The position numbers were made by a program, and so were the translations under genes. A stretch of 64,000 bases of DNA from Candidatus Poribacteria bacterium. GTDB taxonomy: Bacteria > Poribacteria > WGA-4E > PCPOR2b. The stretch covers positions 608,001 through 672,000 of the forward strand of contig OZ242326.1 in assembly GCA_965208325.1 (NCBI GenBank). The letters run 5' to 3'. This document shows, one piece after another, positions 9,873 to 18,956 of the stretch. The notes beneath the pieces are model-generated. The model did not search any database, had not been told where the DNA came from, and was given only the letters and a program-made list of their open reading frames with translations. How positions within the stretch are numbered: position 1 is the first letter of the stretch; the number at the start of each line of letters is the position of its first letter.

Positions 9873-11354
9873 CTACTCAACCATGCGAATCTTGGCGGCT
9901 TCTGGCGCACGCGTCGGCAAGTTCTGCTTCGCCAGTTGGTTTTCCGGAATATATCCGGTGTAATCAGGTATTCGACCGTGCGTCAATGAGTAAACAGCAA
10001 CGTTGGTCATAAACCGATATACGCCTGGCGAATAGTGGACGGACCGCGTCGGCAGGCTGACTGCCTCCATGGCGCACATGTAATCTCGCCGCACGACTAG
10101 CACCGAAAGCTTTTCACCAATTGAGATTCCTTCCAAGAAATTCCGCCTGGGCGGCGGTTGGGTGCCGAACCAGAAGATGTCAAATCCAACAGGCGGGCCG
10201 CCCATTTCATAGAAGTTATTATATAGCTCGTGGTCGTTAGGAATACGCCCAACCTGATGTTCAGGCATGACATAGCGCATCTGAGCGAGGAAAACGCGAG
10301 TAAATCCACGGTCGGCGGCATTTACGCCGCAATCGTCAAAGACGAGCAGGCCGCCTCTCTCCACAAGGTAACGCCGCAGTCCAACCGCTTCCGGTTCCGT
10401 GAGTCTGCTGTTCAGCGTTGAACCGTAACCGCCCTTTTGAGCGAGTCCACGGGAACGAGCGAGGGCAGGGTCATGTCCTGTAAAAAATGCCAGCGGGGTT
10501 TTTTGTAGGGCAGCGTCCGTCAATTTTACCGCACCGCCTTCAACGTTCATGTCAGTCTTTATATGGGTGCGCTCGTTCAACCATTTCGTCAGCGCATTCA
10601 GCGATGACGCATCCGCCCACCAATCAGACAAGTTATGACGGATTCGGGTAAAACGGAATACGCCTCGAATGTCGCGTCCCTTACCGATGACTGTACCCCC
10701 AGGCTCACCCCTCGGCAGCGGCGGAACGTCATCATTGCCGAGTGTGATGCTTTCAACTACATCCTCCAGGGCATCGCGAGTAGCACCAACATGTTCCACC
10801 ATCGCCAACCCGGGCGGACGTTGAGGACCAAATGGCGCCTGAACCGTACCGGGAGCAATTCCACGTCCAATCGCTGACGTCCCAGCGCTCGGTGCAGATG
10901 CAACGGGGCCGGAAAACGCCAATACGCCCGGCGCATCAGAAACCGGCAAATCAGCATGGGTCATTGCTCGCGGAACCGGCACGTTCGGGTTGACGAATTT
11001 GGGGACGTTTGGATCTATTGGTTGGTTCAACCTGACGAATTTGTTCGAAAATTCGAGCGCCGTTTGGGGCTCGAAGGTAGCGGTACGTACCACTGCAGCG
11101 GTTGTGACTCTTGGTTGGACCTGAACTTGCGCAACGAAAACGGTGTTATCCGTCGGAGTTGCAGGTCTTACCACTCTCCTAGGGGGTATACGCGGTTTGA
11201 GTTTAGGCGGATCTGCTGGATTCAGTATTTCCGCACTGACCAAGTCTTTGAACTGCGGGGTTTGTGTGACGAGATAAACTCCTAGAATCAGAACAGCGAC
11301 TCCATGAAGAATCATCGACGTCATCAAAGCGCGTGAGGTTTTCTTGGCAGACAT
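9873..11354 (-). CDS. Membrane-anchored DUF4159-domain protein with Pro-rich linker
   Basis: N-terminal TM (SMILHGVAVLILGVYL), Pro/Ala-rich middle, C-terminal DUF4159-like motifs (FFTGH, LRRYLVERGGLLVFDDC, IPNDHELY, LEGI). Confidence 0.7.
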   Translation of the reverse strand: MSAKKTSRALMTSMILHGVAVLILGVYLVTQTPQFKDLVSAEILNPADPPKLKPRIPPRRVVRPATPTDNTVFVAQVQVQPRVTTAAVVRTATFEPQTALEFSNKFVRLNQPIDPNVPKFVNPNVPVPRAMTHADLPVSDAPGVLAFSGPVASAPSAGTSAIGRGIAPGTVQAPFGPQRPPGLAMVEHVGATRDALEDVVESITLGNDDVPPLPRGEPGGTVIGKGRDIRGVFRFTRIRHNLSDWWADASSLNALTKWLNERTHIKTDMNVEGGAVKLTDAALQKTPLAFFTGHDPALARSRGLAQKGGYGSTLNSRLTEPEAVGLRRYLVERGGLLVFDDCGVNAADRGFTRVFLAQMRYVMPEHQVGRIPNDHELYNNFYEMGGPPVGFDIFWFGTQPPPRRNFLEGISIGEKLSVLVVRRDYMCAMEAVSLPTRSVHYSPGVYRFMTNVAVYSLTHGRIPDYTGYIPENQLAKQNLPTRAPEAAKIRMVE

Positions 11355-12010
11355 TTTTTTTCCCTCCAAAGTCAACATGCGGTGTTATGGTAGCTAAGTC
11401 TTCTCCCGCCGCGCCATCTAAGGAATTGCGCGACGTAATTTGCAGTATGAGCAATTTATATGCCATAATTGCATTTCAGGGTGCAAATTTACCAATTGCC
11501 CATGCGCATGCGGGGTACGCGATGGAAGATCGGAATTAGTCCAGCCCGCTCCATGACTGCGTTTCGGCGGTCGATCTGACTTTTTTGCCGTGCACTGCAT
11601 ACGAATATAAAAACTTCCGACTTATGGCGCTAACTGTTTTTAAACACCGGCGAAGACTGTACATTTCTGCGCTAAACGGTTAATCCGCTTTTTCAGTTTG
11701 CACCAGACGGTGCAACCATTAGCTGTATTGAGAATTGAAAACTTGACGTTATTGATACCGGTGTGCCCGTTAGAAAATTAGGAATTTGGGCTACAATTAC
11801 ATCAATTAAAATATCCAGTACGTCAAGCCACAATCGCGTTCATTCCAATGCCTGTGTTCATTCGCTGCAGACACAAAAAGGCTTGACACGAACCTTGTGT
11901 CATGATAAATTTGGTCGGTTGTTTTACTCGATTGAATTGCCAAAAAAAAATTTCTATACTTGCCTATAAATATTAGAGGGTGTTGGCATTTATGTAAAGT
12001 TGCCTGTATT

Positions 12011-12261
12011 CGTAGGGGCGAGGTCACCTCGCCCATTGACCAAAAGGGCAGGCAATTCTCAACCATGCGGGTTAAGTGGATTGTACGCCAAAAATCACAT
12101 CTTGACAAAAACAAACAAGTGAGTTGCACCATAGTCTTGGCTCAATTAAGCCGGCGTGTTGCAGTATATTCTAGAGTTTTGCCGATTTTGGTCAAACAAC
12201 CTACACCAGTCAGAAATCGTGTCTTATTGTGAATAAAGGGTTGGGGGACCCAACCCCTACG
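12011..12261. repeat. GTAG-type REP doublet (REPIN/MITE-like element)
   Basis: Left CGTAGGGGCGAGGTCACCTCGCCC, right GGGTTGGGGGACCCAACCCCTACG; inner inverted repeat TTGACCAAAAGGGCA (12036-12050) / TGCCGATTTTGGTCAA (12180-12195). Confidence 0.7.
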
Positions 12262-12609
12262 AAGGATCATGTGCCTGTGCGCCGCTCCTGATTGTTCGGT
12301 TGCGATGAAATGTCAACAGAACCTAGTAAACTGTTGCGCGAAATTAACGGCGCAACCAAAATTGTGTCTTTCGCCCCCAGCCTTTAGCCTACGAGCGTCG
12401 AAAATATGGACTTCGGGAGTAAATCAATTGGCAATCCTAAATTTTGAATTGCACAGGATGCAATTTAAGTCAGATTTTTAACGTGGACGCTTAACACATA
12501 ATATTTACCGGCAATCGAAATGTATTCTCAAAAAAACCGTACTTAGAACCAAATGGGACGATGACGGATATTATTTTGTATTGATGGAATTTGACAGGAG
12601 GTTTATTCA

Positions 12610-13578
12610 GTGAATGTGCTAATTCTCCCTTCCCCGCCGCAGTTGCATTATTGGTGTGACGGCGTTGTTACAGCGTTAGACGACAGGTATCCGATCAGGC
12701 ATTTTGATCCGACGCAGGCGGCAGCTGACCAATTTAGAGACATTGACGTCGTCGTGGAGTGTGCCGGCTGTACGCGGGAAATGGTTGATGCAGCAGTAGA
12801 TGCTGGCGTAAAATTGTGGCAGGTCATGGCGGTTGGACTAAATGCCTGGGATGTGAACTACTTCTTGGAAAAGGGCATGCCGTTTGCGAACACGCCTGGG
12901 CCTTTTAGCGCGGTCGCTCTGGCGGAACATGCTTTATCATTGATGTTCTTGATCGCCAAAAACTACACGGCAGCGCAAGAAAATGTCCGATCGGAAAATT
13001 TCAGTCTGCCGGTGAACGACGAGTTAGCGGGAAAAACGCTAGGCTTGGTTGGGTTGGGTGCAAGCGGGCGTGAACTCGCAAAGCGCGCCCATGCGCTGGG
13101 CATGCGGTTGGCGGCTATTGATATCGTTGATGTTTCTCAGGAAATTCGAGACGAATTGCACTTGGAGTTCTTTGGCAATCCGAGCCGGTTGGACCACCTG
13201 TTGAGCGAGGCAGATTACTTATCAATCCACACGCCGCTTACCTCAAAGACGCGGCATCTAATCGACCGGCGCGCATTAGAAATAATGAAACCGACCGCGG
13301 CGTTGATAAACATTGCACGCGGAGGAATCGTGGATGAGCCGGCTTTAATTGAGGCGTTAGAAACAGGTCAGATTCGGGCTGCCGGCCTGGACGTGTTTGC
13401 TCATGAACCGCTGTTATCCAGCCACCCTTTCCAACAGATGAAAAACGTGTTTTGCACGCCCCACATCGCCGGCGTAACTAAGGAGACTGTTCAACGGCGG
13501 GCGGAATTAGTGGTTGAGAACATCGATCGGGTGGCTAAAGGTTTGACGCCGCTGCATCTCGTTACATCTGCCGAATAG
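12610..13578 (+). CDS. D-isomer-specific 2-hydroxyacid dehydrogenase
   Basis: GLVGLGASG, LINIARGGIVDE, AGLDVFAHEP, TPHIAG; AGGAGG RBS before GTG. Confidence 0.9.
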   Translation: MNVLILPSPPQLHYWCDGVVTALDDRYPIRHFDPTQAAADQFRDIDVVVECAGCTREMVDAAVDAGVKLWQVMAVGLNAWDVNYFLEKGMPFANTPGPFSAVALAEHALSLMFLIAKNYTAAQENVRSENFSLPVNDELAGKTLGLVGLGASGRELAKRAHALGMRLAAIDIVDVSQEIRDELHLEFFGNPSRLDHLLSEADYLSIHTPLTSKTRHLIDRRALEIMKPTAALINIARGGIVDEPALIEALETGQIRAAGLDVFAHEPLLSSHPFQQMKNVFCTPHIAGVTKETVQRRAELVVENIDRVAKGLTPLHLVTSAE

Positions 13579-13717
13579 TCAGCGACGCACTGCACAGAAT
13601 TTTCCTCGCTTTTGCCGCTGAACCGCCCATTTCGGCGGATAAACTTCAACCCTGTATCGGCATGAATGCACCCTTCTCGCAACATCATCCCGCATATTGC
13701 GTGGATGACGTACCGTT

Positions 13718-14782
13718 TTGGAGGAAAATCTATTGAAGTATTTGTCTGCTTCCCAGCTACAACAGATTAGCACAAAGATTTTGGATGCAGCCGGTTCGCC
13801 GCATGAAGAATCCGTTATCGTAAGCAAAGCGCTTGTCCGCTCAAACTTAATGGGGCACGATTCTCACGGCGTATTGCGTATCGCACAGTACGTCGGGGAT
13901 ATTCGGAACGGCGAGATTTTACCGGGGGCACCGATTGAAATTGAGCGAGAAATGGACGCTTCTGCCGTGATAAACGGCAACTCAGGATGGGGCATGGTGG
14001 TTGCCCAGAAGGCGATGCAGCTTGCGATCGACAAGGCGCGCAGGTGTTCGATTGGTACGGTGGTCGTGCGCGGAAGCCATCACGTAGGCCGCGTGGGAGA
14101 GTATCCCGCTATGGCGGCTGCGGCACAGATGATCGGTATGGCTGCCATCAACTCATACGGAACCCCCGGTATGATGGCGCCGTGGGGAGGAATCGATCGG
14201 CGGCTTTCCCCAAATCCGCTAGCATTCGCTATGCCGAGTGGGGAAGAGTGGCCTGTGCTTGTAGATCTCACTACATCGGTTGTGCCGGAAGGCAAAGTTC
14301 GCGCCGCCCAATACGCGGGCGAATCCTTGCCGGAAGGGTGTATCATTGATTCCGAAGGAAATCCAACCACAGACCCCAACGCTTTCTACGGTCCGCCAAC
14401 TGGCGCGATCTTGCCATTGGGCGGCGTCATGGGACACAAGGGCTACGGGTTGGGCATCGTCGCCACCTTGCTGGCAGGAGCGTTGTCAGGCGTAGGTTGT
14501 AACGGACCAGAGGCGCCAATGAAGGGCAATGGGATATTCTTTCAGGCAATTAACATCGACGCCTTCCTACCGCTAGAGGAGTTCATCCAAACGGTTCAAG
14601 GGCAAATCGAATGGATGAAGTCGTCTCGACGGAGGCATGGTGTGGATGAAATTCTTTTTCCCGGCGAGCCGGAGTTTCGGACGGCACAGCGACGCGAATC
14701 GGACGGCATTCCGGTTGAGGACGCCGTTTGGGAAGAAATGGTTGAAACAGCAGCAAGTCTAGGGCTGGAAATTGCGGAATGA
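13718..14782 (+). CDS. Ldh_2-family (type 2 malate/L-lactate/ureidoglycolate/sulfolactate) oxidoreductase
   Basis: GHDSHGV, SHHVGR, SPNPLAFA, GHKGYGL, PGEPE. Confidence 0.88.
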   Translation: MEENLLKYLSASQLQQISTKILDAAGSPHEESVIVSKALVRSNLMGHDSHGVLRIAQYVGDIRNGEILPGAPIEIEREMDASAVINGNSGWGMVVAQKAMQLAIDKARRCSIGTVVVRGSHHVGRVGEYPAMAAAAQMIGMAAINSYGTPGMMAPWGGIDRRLSPNPLAFAMPSGEEWPVLVDLTTSVVPEGKVRAAQYAGESLPEGCIIDSEGNPTTDPNAFYGPPTGAILPLGGVMGHKGYGLGIVATLLAGALSGVGCNGPEAPMKGNGIFFQAINIDAFLPLEEFIQTVQGQIEWMKSSRRRHGVDEILFPGEPEFRTAQRRESDGIPVEDAVWEEMVETAASLGLEIAE

Positions 14783-14798
14783 GGACAAGAAAGAGAGT

Positions 14799-15328
14799 CT
14801 TCTCTCTTGGCAAGGGGGAGTTAGGGGTGGTCAGAGTTTTCCGAATTAACCTCCCCTAGCCCCTCCTTATTAAGGAGGGGAATAAAAGCTCGCAAAACGG
14901 ACGTTTTTCTGCTGTCGAGAGGTTTGAAAAGCGTTGGGTTTCGCTACATACATACAGGTCTTGCACTCAATCGGCAAACTAGACTCATGCTGGATAGCTT
15001 ACATTTTTCATGGAACCCGCTCTACCCAACCTACAAAACTATAAAAACTATCGCCTTCCCTAATCGGTCAGTTGATCCTCCATGGCAGGGAGGGGAATAA
15101 GAACAAAAGAACTTCCCACAGCGTACAACGTTGTCGGGTAGTCGAGAGGTTTGAAAAGCGTTGGGTTTCGCTTCAAGCTTACAAATCTCGAACTAAATCG
15201 GCAAACTAGACTCATGCTGGATAGCTTACATCTTTCATGGAACCCGCTCTACCCAACCTACAAAACTATAAAAACTATCGCCTTCCCTATTCGGTCAGTT
15301 GATCCTCCTTGGTAAGGAGGGGGATAAA
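14799..15328. repeat. Mosaic REP array (left island border): two ~227-bp units plus an outward-facing CCCCTCC/GGAGGGG palindrome pair
   Basis: GCGTTGGGTTTCGCT...CGCTCTACCCAACCTAC at 14931 and 15158; CCTCCTTGGTAAGGAGGGG-type palindromes at ~14861, 15077 and 15304; same units as 31850-33392. Confidence 0.9.
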
Positions 15329-15389
15329 CACAACCGCCCGGATTTTATTGCTCAGCCTAAATTACGGCGTTTTAACGGATTGCGTACGC

Positions 15390-17147
15390 CTACGATTCAA
15401 CGACGGACGCCAATACCTCATTTAACAGCCCTTCGTTTTTCCGCTCCAATGCCAGCAATTCCGCGGCGATTTCATCAAGAGACCGAAGCGGCGTGTATTT
15501 GTAGAAATAACGATTGAAGTTGATTTCGTAGCCGACCTTGTCCTTCTTCCTGTCCAGCCAACTGTCCGGCAGATGCGGTTTGACCTCCCGCTGGTAGTAA
15601 TCTTCGATGTCCTCACTGAGCGGTACCCGCTCGTAGTCTCGCCGTTTAGAATCGGGTTTAGGATTGCCCTTCTTGTCTCTGACGACCACCTGCTTCTCCT
15701 CGCCCTGATTTTTCTTCGTTTCGACCAGCGGCCGCTCAACCGTGACTTTGGTGTAGCCGAAGAACCCGTTCTCGTAGATTTTGCAGTGTTCGTTCTCCTC
15801 GAAATTGGCGTAGAGCGCCGCCAAACGACGGATATGTTCGTCAGAGATGAAAACGCTCTTGTCGCCCAGGTTTCGTTTCATCTTGTCGAAAAAACTCGCA
15901 CCGTTAATGAGTTGTATCATGCCGTGCCGTTTCTCTGATTTTTGGTTCGTCAATATCCAGATGTAGGTTGCGATACTAGTGTTGAAGAACAGCTTGTCGG
16001 GCAGCGCAACAATGCATTCCAGCCAGTCGTTCTCAATAATCCAGCGTCGAATTTCGCTCTCGCCGCTGCCGGCATCGCCTGTGAATAGCGGAGAACCATT
16101 AAAGACAATGCCGATCCGGCTGCCGCGGAATTCCATCTTGGAGAGCATGTGCTGCAGAAATAGCAACGCTCCGTCAGAGGTGCGCGGCGTACCAACAGCG
16201 AACCTGCCGCTTGGGTTCTCGGCGTCCGCTTTAACCGCCCCTTCCTCGGACTTCCAACTGACGCCGAACGGCGGATTCGTAATCATATAGTCGAAGCGCT
16301 GCGCTTGAAATTTGTCAGCCGATAGCGAGGAGCCGAGTCGAATTGAATCCGGATCCTCGCCGGTAATCAGCATGTCCGATTTGCAGATAGCGTAGGTCTG
16401 CGCATTCAGTTCTTGACCGAGCAGGCGAAGTTCGGCTGAGCGGTTGATATGTTCTAGGAAATATTCTTTGCCGATGGTCAACATGCCGCCCGTTCCGCAG
16501 CACGGATCGAAGATGCTCCGGACAACGCCCTGTCCCTGCAAATTCTCGCGGTGTTCGGCGAATAGCAGCGAGACCAGCAGCCGTACGACGTCACGCGGCG
16601 TGTAGTGTTCCCCGCTGGTTTCGTTGGACATCTCTGAGAATCGGCGGAGCAACTCCTCAAACACCTGACCCATGATGTGGTTGTCCACTTTGTTGGGGTG
16701 CAAGTCCACTTCAGTGAATTTGCTGCAGAAGATGAACAGCCGATCGTTCCGGTCCAACCGTTCAATAAACCGGTCTAGGTTGAAGTTTTCGATGATGTCC
16801 CGTACATCCGCACTGAATCCGTTCAGGTAATTCTGGAAGTTATGGCGTATGTTGACAGGTTCATCTTTCAGCCGCGCCAGGTCGTATTGGGAGGTGTTGT
16901 AGAATTGGGTGCCGGTGGCTTTCAAGATAATTGGCGGCAGCCTGTCTTCGGACACCTTGTCCTTGAATTGGTTGTAGGCGTTGATGGCTCTCTTTTTTCG
17001 TTCGCCTTCCTCCAAGATGCAGTCCAACCGCCGCAGCACCAGAAACGGCAGCGTCACATCGCCGTATTCGTGCGGCTTGAACAATCCGCGCAGCACATCG
17101 TCGGCAACATTCCAAACCAAATTTGCGAGTTCTTGATAGTTTGCCAT
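15390..17147 (-). CDS. hsdM: Type I restriction-modification N6-adenine methyltransferase subunit
   Basis: GEHYTPRDVV, FDPCCGTGGML (motif I), TNPPFG (motif IV), GYEINFNRYFY tail; AGGAG RBS. Confidence 0.95.
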   Translation of the reverse strand: MANYQELANLVWNVADDVLRGLFKPHEYGDVTLPFLVLRRLDCILEEGERKKRAINAYNQFKDKVSEDRLPPIILKATGTQFYNTSQYDLARLKDEPVNIRHNFQNYLNGFSADVRDIIENFNLDRFIERLDRNDRLFIFCSKFTEVDLHPNKVDNHIMGQVFEELLRRFSEMSNETSGEHYTPRDVVRLLVSLLFAEHRENLQGQGVVRSIFDPCCGTGGMLTIGKEYFLEHINRSAELRLLGQELNAQTYAICKSDMLITGEDPDSIRLGSSLSADKFQAQRFDYMITNPPFGVSWKSEEGAVKADAENPSGRFAVGTPRTSDGALLFLQHMLSKMEFRGSRIGIVFNGSPLFTGDAGSGESEIRRWIIENDWLECIVALPDKLFFNTSIATYIWILTNQKSEKRHGMIQLINGASFFDKMKRNLGDKSVFISDEHIRRLAALYANFEENEHCKIYENGFFGYTKVTVERPLVETKKNQGEEKQVVVRDKKGNPKPDSKRRDYERVPLSEDIEDYYQREVKPHLPDSWLDRKKDKVGYEINFNRYFYKYTPLRSLDEIAAELLALERKNEGLLNEVLASVVES

Positions 17148-17374
17148 ACTACTCCTATTTTATTAGAGTGAATTCTATTTCTCCTCATTGATAAGTCGGG
17201 GCTAGAGGAGGTGACTCAACTTCCGGAACTTTACTTTCAAATTTGGACGCGACAGGGAGTTCTCTGAGTTATAGGGCTTGACATCGCCATAAGGGATTTG
17301 ATATCCTTTGATATCCAAGCCTTAAGATGATTACATAGACAATTTATGCCGCATGGAAATGGAGTGAGACTGAT

Positions 17375-18367
17375 TTGCCACGAATCACACAGAAATCGTC
17401 AAAGACCGGCCAAAGATGGCTCATCTACCTTGTAGAAGACGTCAGCATGTTGCGGTACATTGCGGGCTTCATCTTAGCTGTTATCTTCTTTGGTCTTTCC
17501 TATGCTCTACTTACACCATCAGGTCACGGCATTGGACGAAATCTCGAACCAATTCCCGGTAACACATTTTGGGACACATTCTTGACCGGCATATACTTTA
17601 GCGTCGTCACAATTTCCTCGTTGGGATACGGTCACATGCATCCGATGGGACTCTCGAAGGCACTAGCCTCCGTAGAAGTCCTCATAGGTCTCGCAGTGAT
17701 AGGTATAATGATTGCTAAAGTGACTTCGCAACGCTTGTCATACCACGTATCACGTCTGTTTAGTTCCGATGCTCAAAAACGGCTTGAAGATATCGCCGAA
17801 AAATTTAAGGCATCAGAAGCCAATCTTAAGGCAATTATGCCGAAACTAGTGGGTGCCTACCAAAGTACCCCAGGTCAGGCTACTCAACCCGCCGAAAACA
17901 AAAGCAAATTAATTTCTGACTTCCGAAGGATCATCGGCGACCTCAATTCAGAATGCGTTAAGTTGCGTGATTATTTTTCAAGCGAAATTGAACAGGGCAA
18001 ATACTTCCAGAGCGTGCCGGTCACTGCTGTAACACAGGTCGGTAATGCAGTTGATGAGCCATTTTGGATTCTGGGCCAACTCATCAAGAGTTTGCCACCG
18101 CAATCAACGTTGGAAATTTTTGATTTGTACAATAGAAAGGCGGTATCCGAAGCGATCTCCTCCCAAAAAAAGGTGTGCGACTTGGTAAATAACTATGCAA
18201 CTGAGCAGGGCACCCGCGATGCATTCCAGCGTATTAAGGAGCACTGTGATGGAATTCCCACAAGTTACTTCGCGGTTCCAGAATCACAACCCGACCAAGC
18301 GCCTCAAGATACTGACGAACCTCAGGGATCAACAGGGATGGGCAATCAAGAAACAAATATTTCATAA
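17375..18367 (+). CDS. Two-TM potassium-channel-family protein with long helical cytoplasmic tail
   Basis: TM1, pore helix YFSVVTISSLGYGHMHP (GYG filter), TM2, then ~210 aa soluble domain; alternative start ATG 17447. Confidence 0.8.
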   Translation: MPRITQKSSKTGQRWLIYLVEDVSMLRYIAGFILAVIFFGLSYALLTPSGHGIGRNLEPIPGNTFWDTFLTGIYFSVVTISSLGYGHMHPMGLSKALASVEVLIGLAVIGIMIAKVTSQRLSYHVSRLFSSDAQKRLEDIAEKFKASEANLKAIMPKLVGAYQSTPGQATQPAENKSKLISDFRRIIGDLNSECVKLRDYFSSEIEQGKYFQSVPVTAVTQVGNAVDEPFWILGQLIKSLPPQSTLEIFDLYNRKAVSEAISSQKKVCDLVNNYATEQGTRDAFQRIKEHCDGIPTSYFAVPESQPDQAPQDTDEPQGSTGMGNQETNIS

Positions 18368-18399
18368 GAATTAGCAATCACAGTAGGTGGAGGTCTAAA

Positions 18400-18756
18400 A
18401 TGCAATTAAAGTGGATTCAGTGTCAGGGCGATGTATGGTGCAAGCTCAATGCGGTAAATTTGGACCATGAGCATTTCAACAATATGCATGGAGTCTATGT
18501 AATATGGCACGGGGGTACGGACCCCAAAGTAGTTTACGTGGGCCAGGGAATCATCAAGGATCGTATAATTGAACACCGGACGGATCCACAGATTCAAGCT
18601 TATGCTGATCTAGATCTCTATGTGACTTGGGCAGCAGTGCCCAAGGAGTACCGTGCCGCCGTAGAGTCTTACTTAGCCAACACATGGAGCCCAATAGTAA
18701 GTTTACGCCATCCGCAAACGTCTCCTCCTATGCAAGTAAATTCGCCATGGAAGTAA
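18400..18756 (+). CDS. Small GIY-YIG nuclease-family protein
   Basis: GVYVIW...VVYVGQG..KDRIIEHR...AVESYL (GIY, YIG, R, H, E positions); GGAGG RBS. Confidence 0.75.
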   Translation: MQLKWIQCQGDVWCKLNAVNLDHEHFNNMHGVYVIWHGGTDPKVVYVGQGIIKDRIIEHRTDPQIQAYADLDLYVTWAAVPKEYRAAVESYLANTWSPIVSLRHPQTSPPMQVNSPWK

Positions 18757-18822
18757 TTAGGTATTTGCGACTGGACGGCTTTGGCCATGGTCAGCATAAG
18801 TTCTGATGCAACGCCTGCTCTT

Positions 18823-18950
18823 GTAGGTTGGGTTAAGCGGGTCCACGAAACCCAATCTACAATCCTACACCCACCCAGTGCTGAAAAGTCCGGAATTGGA
18901 ATTCCCGCCTACAAGCATAATGCTGTAGGAACGATCTCCGAATCGCGACA
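18823..18950. repeat. GTAG-type REP cluster between the GIY-YIG gene and the hsdR stop
   Basis: GTAGGTTGGGTTAAGCG..CGAAACCCAA and CGGAATTGGAATTCCCGCCTAC..GTAGGAACGATCTCCGAATCGCGA; same families as the arrays. Confidence 0.75.
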
Positions 18951-18956
18951 CACACG

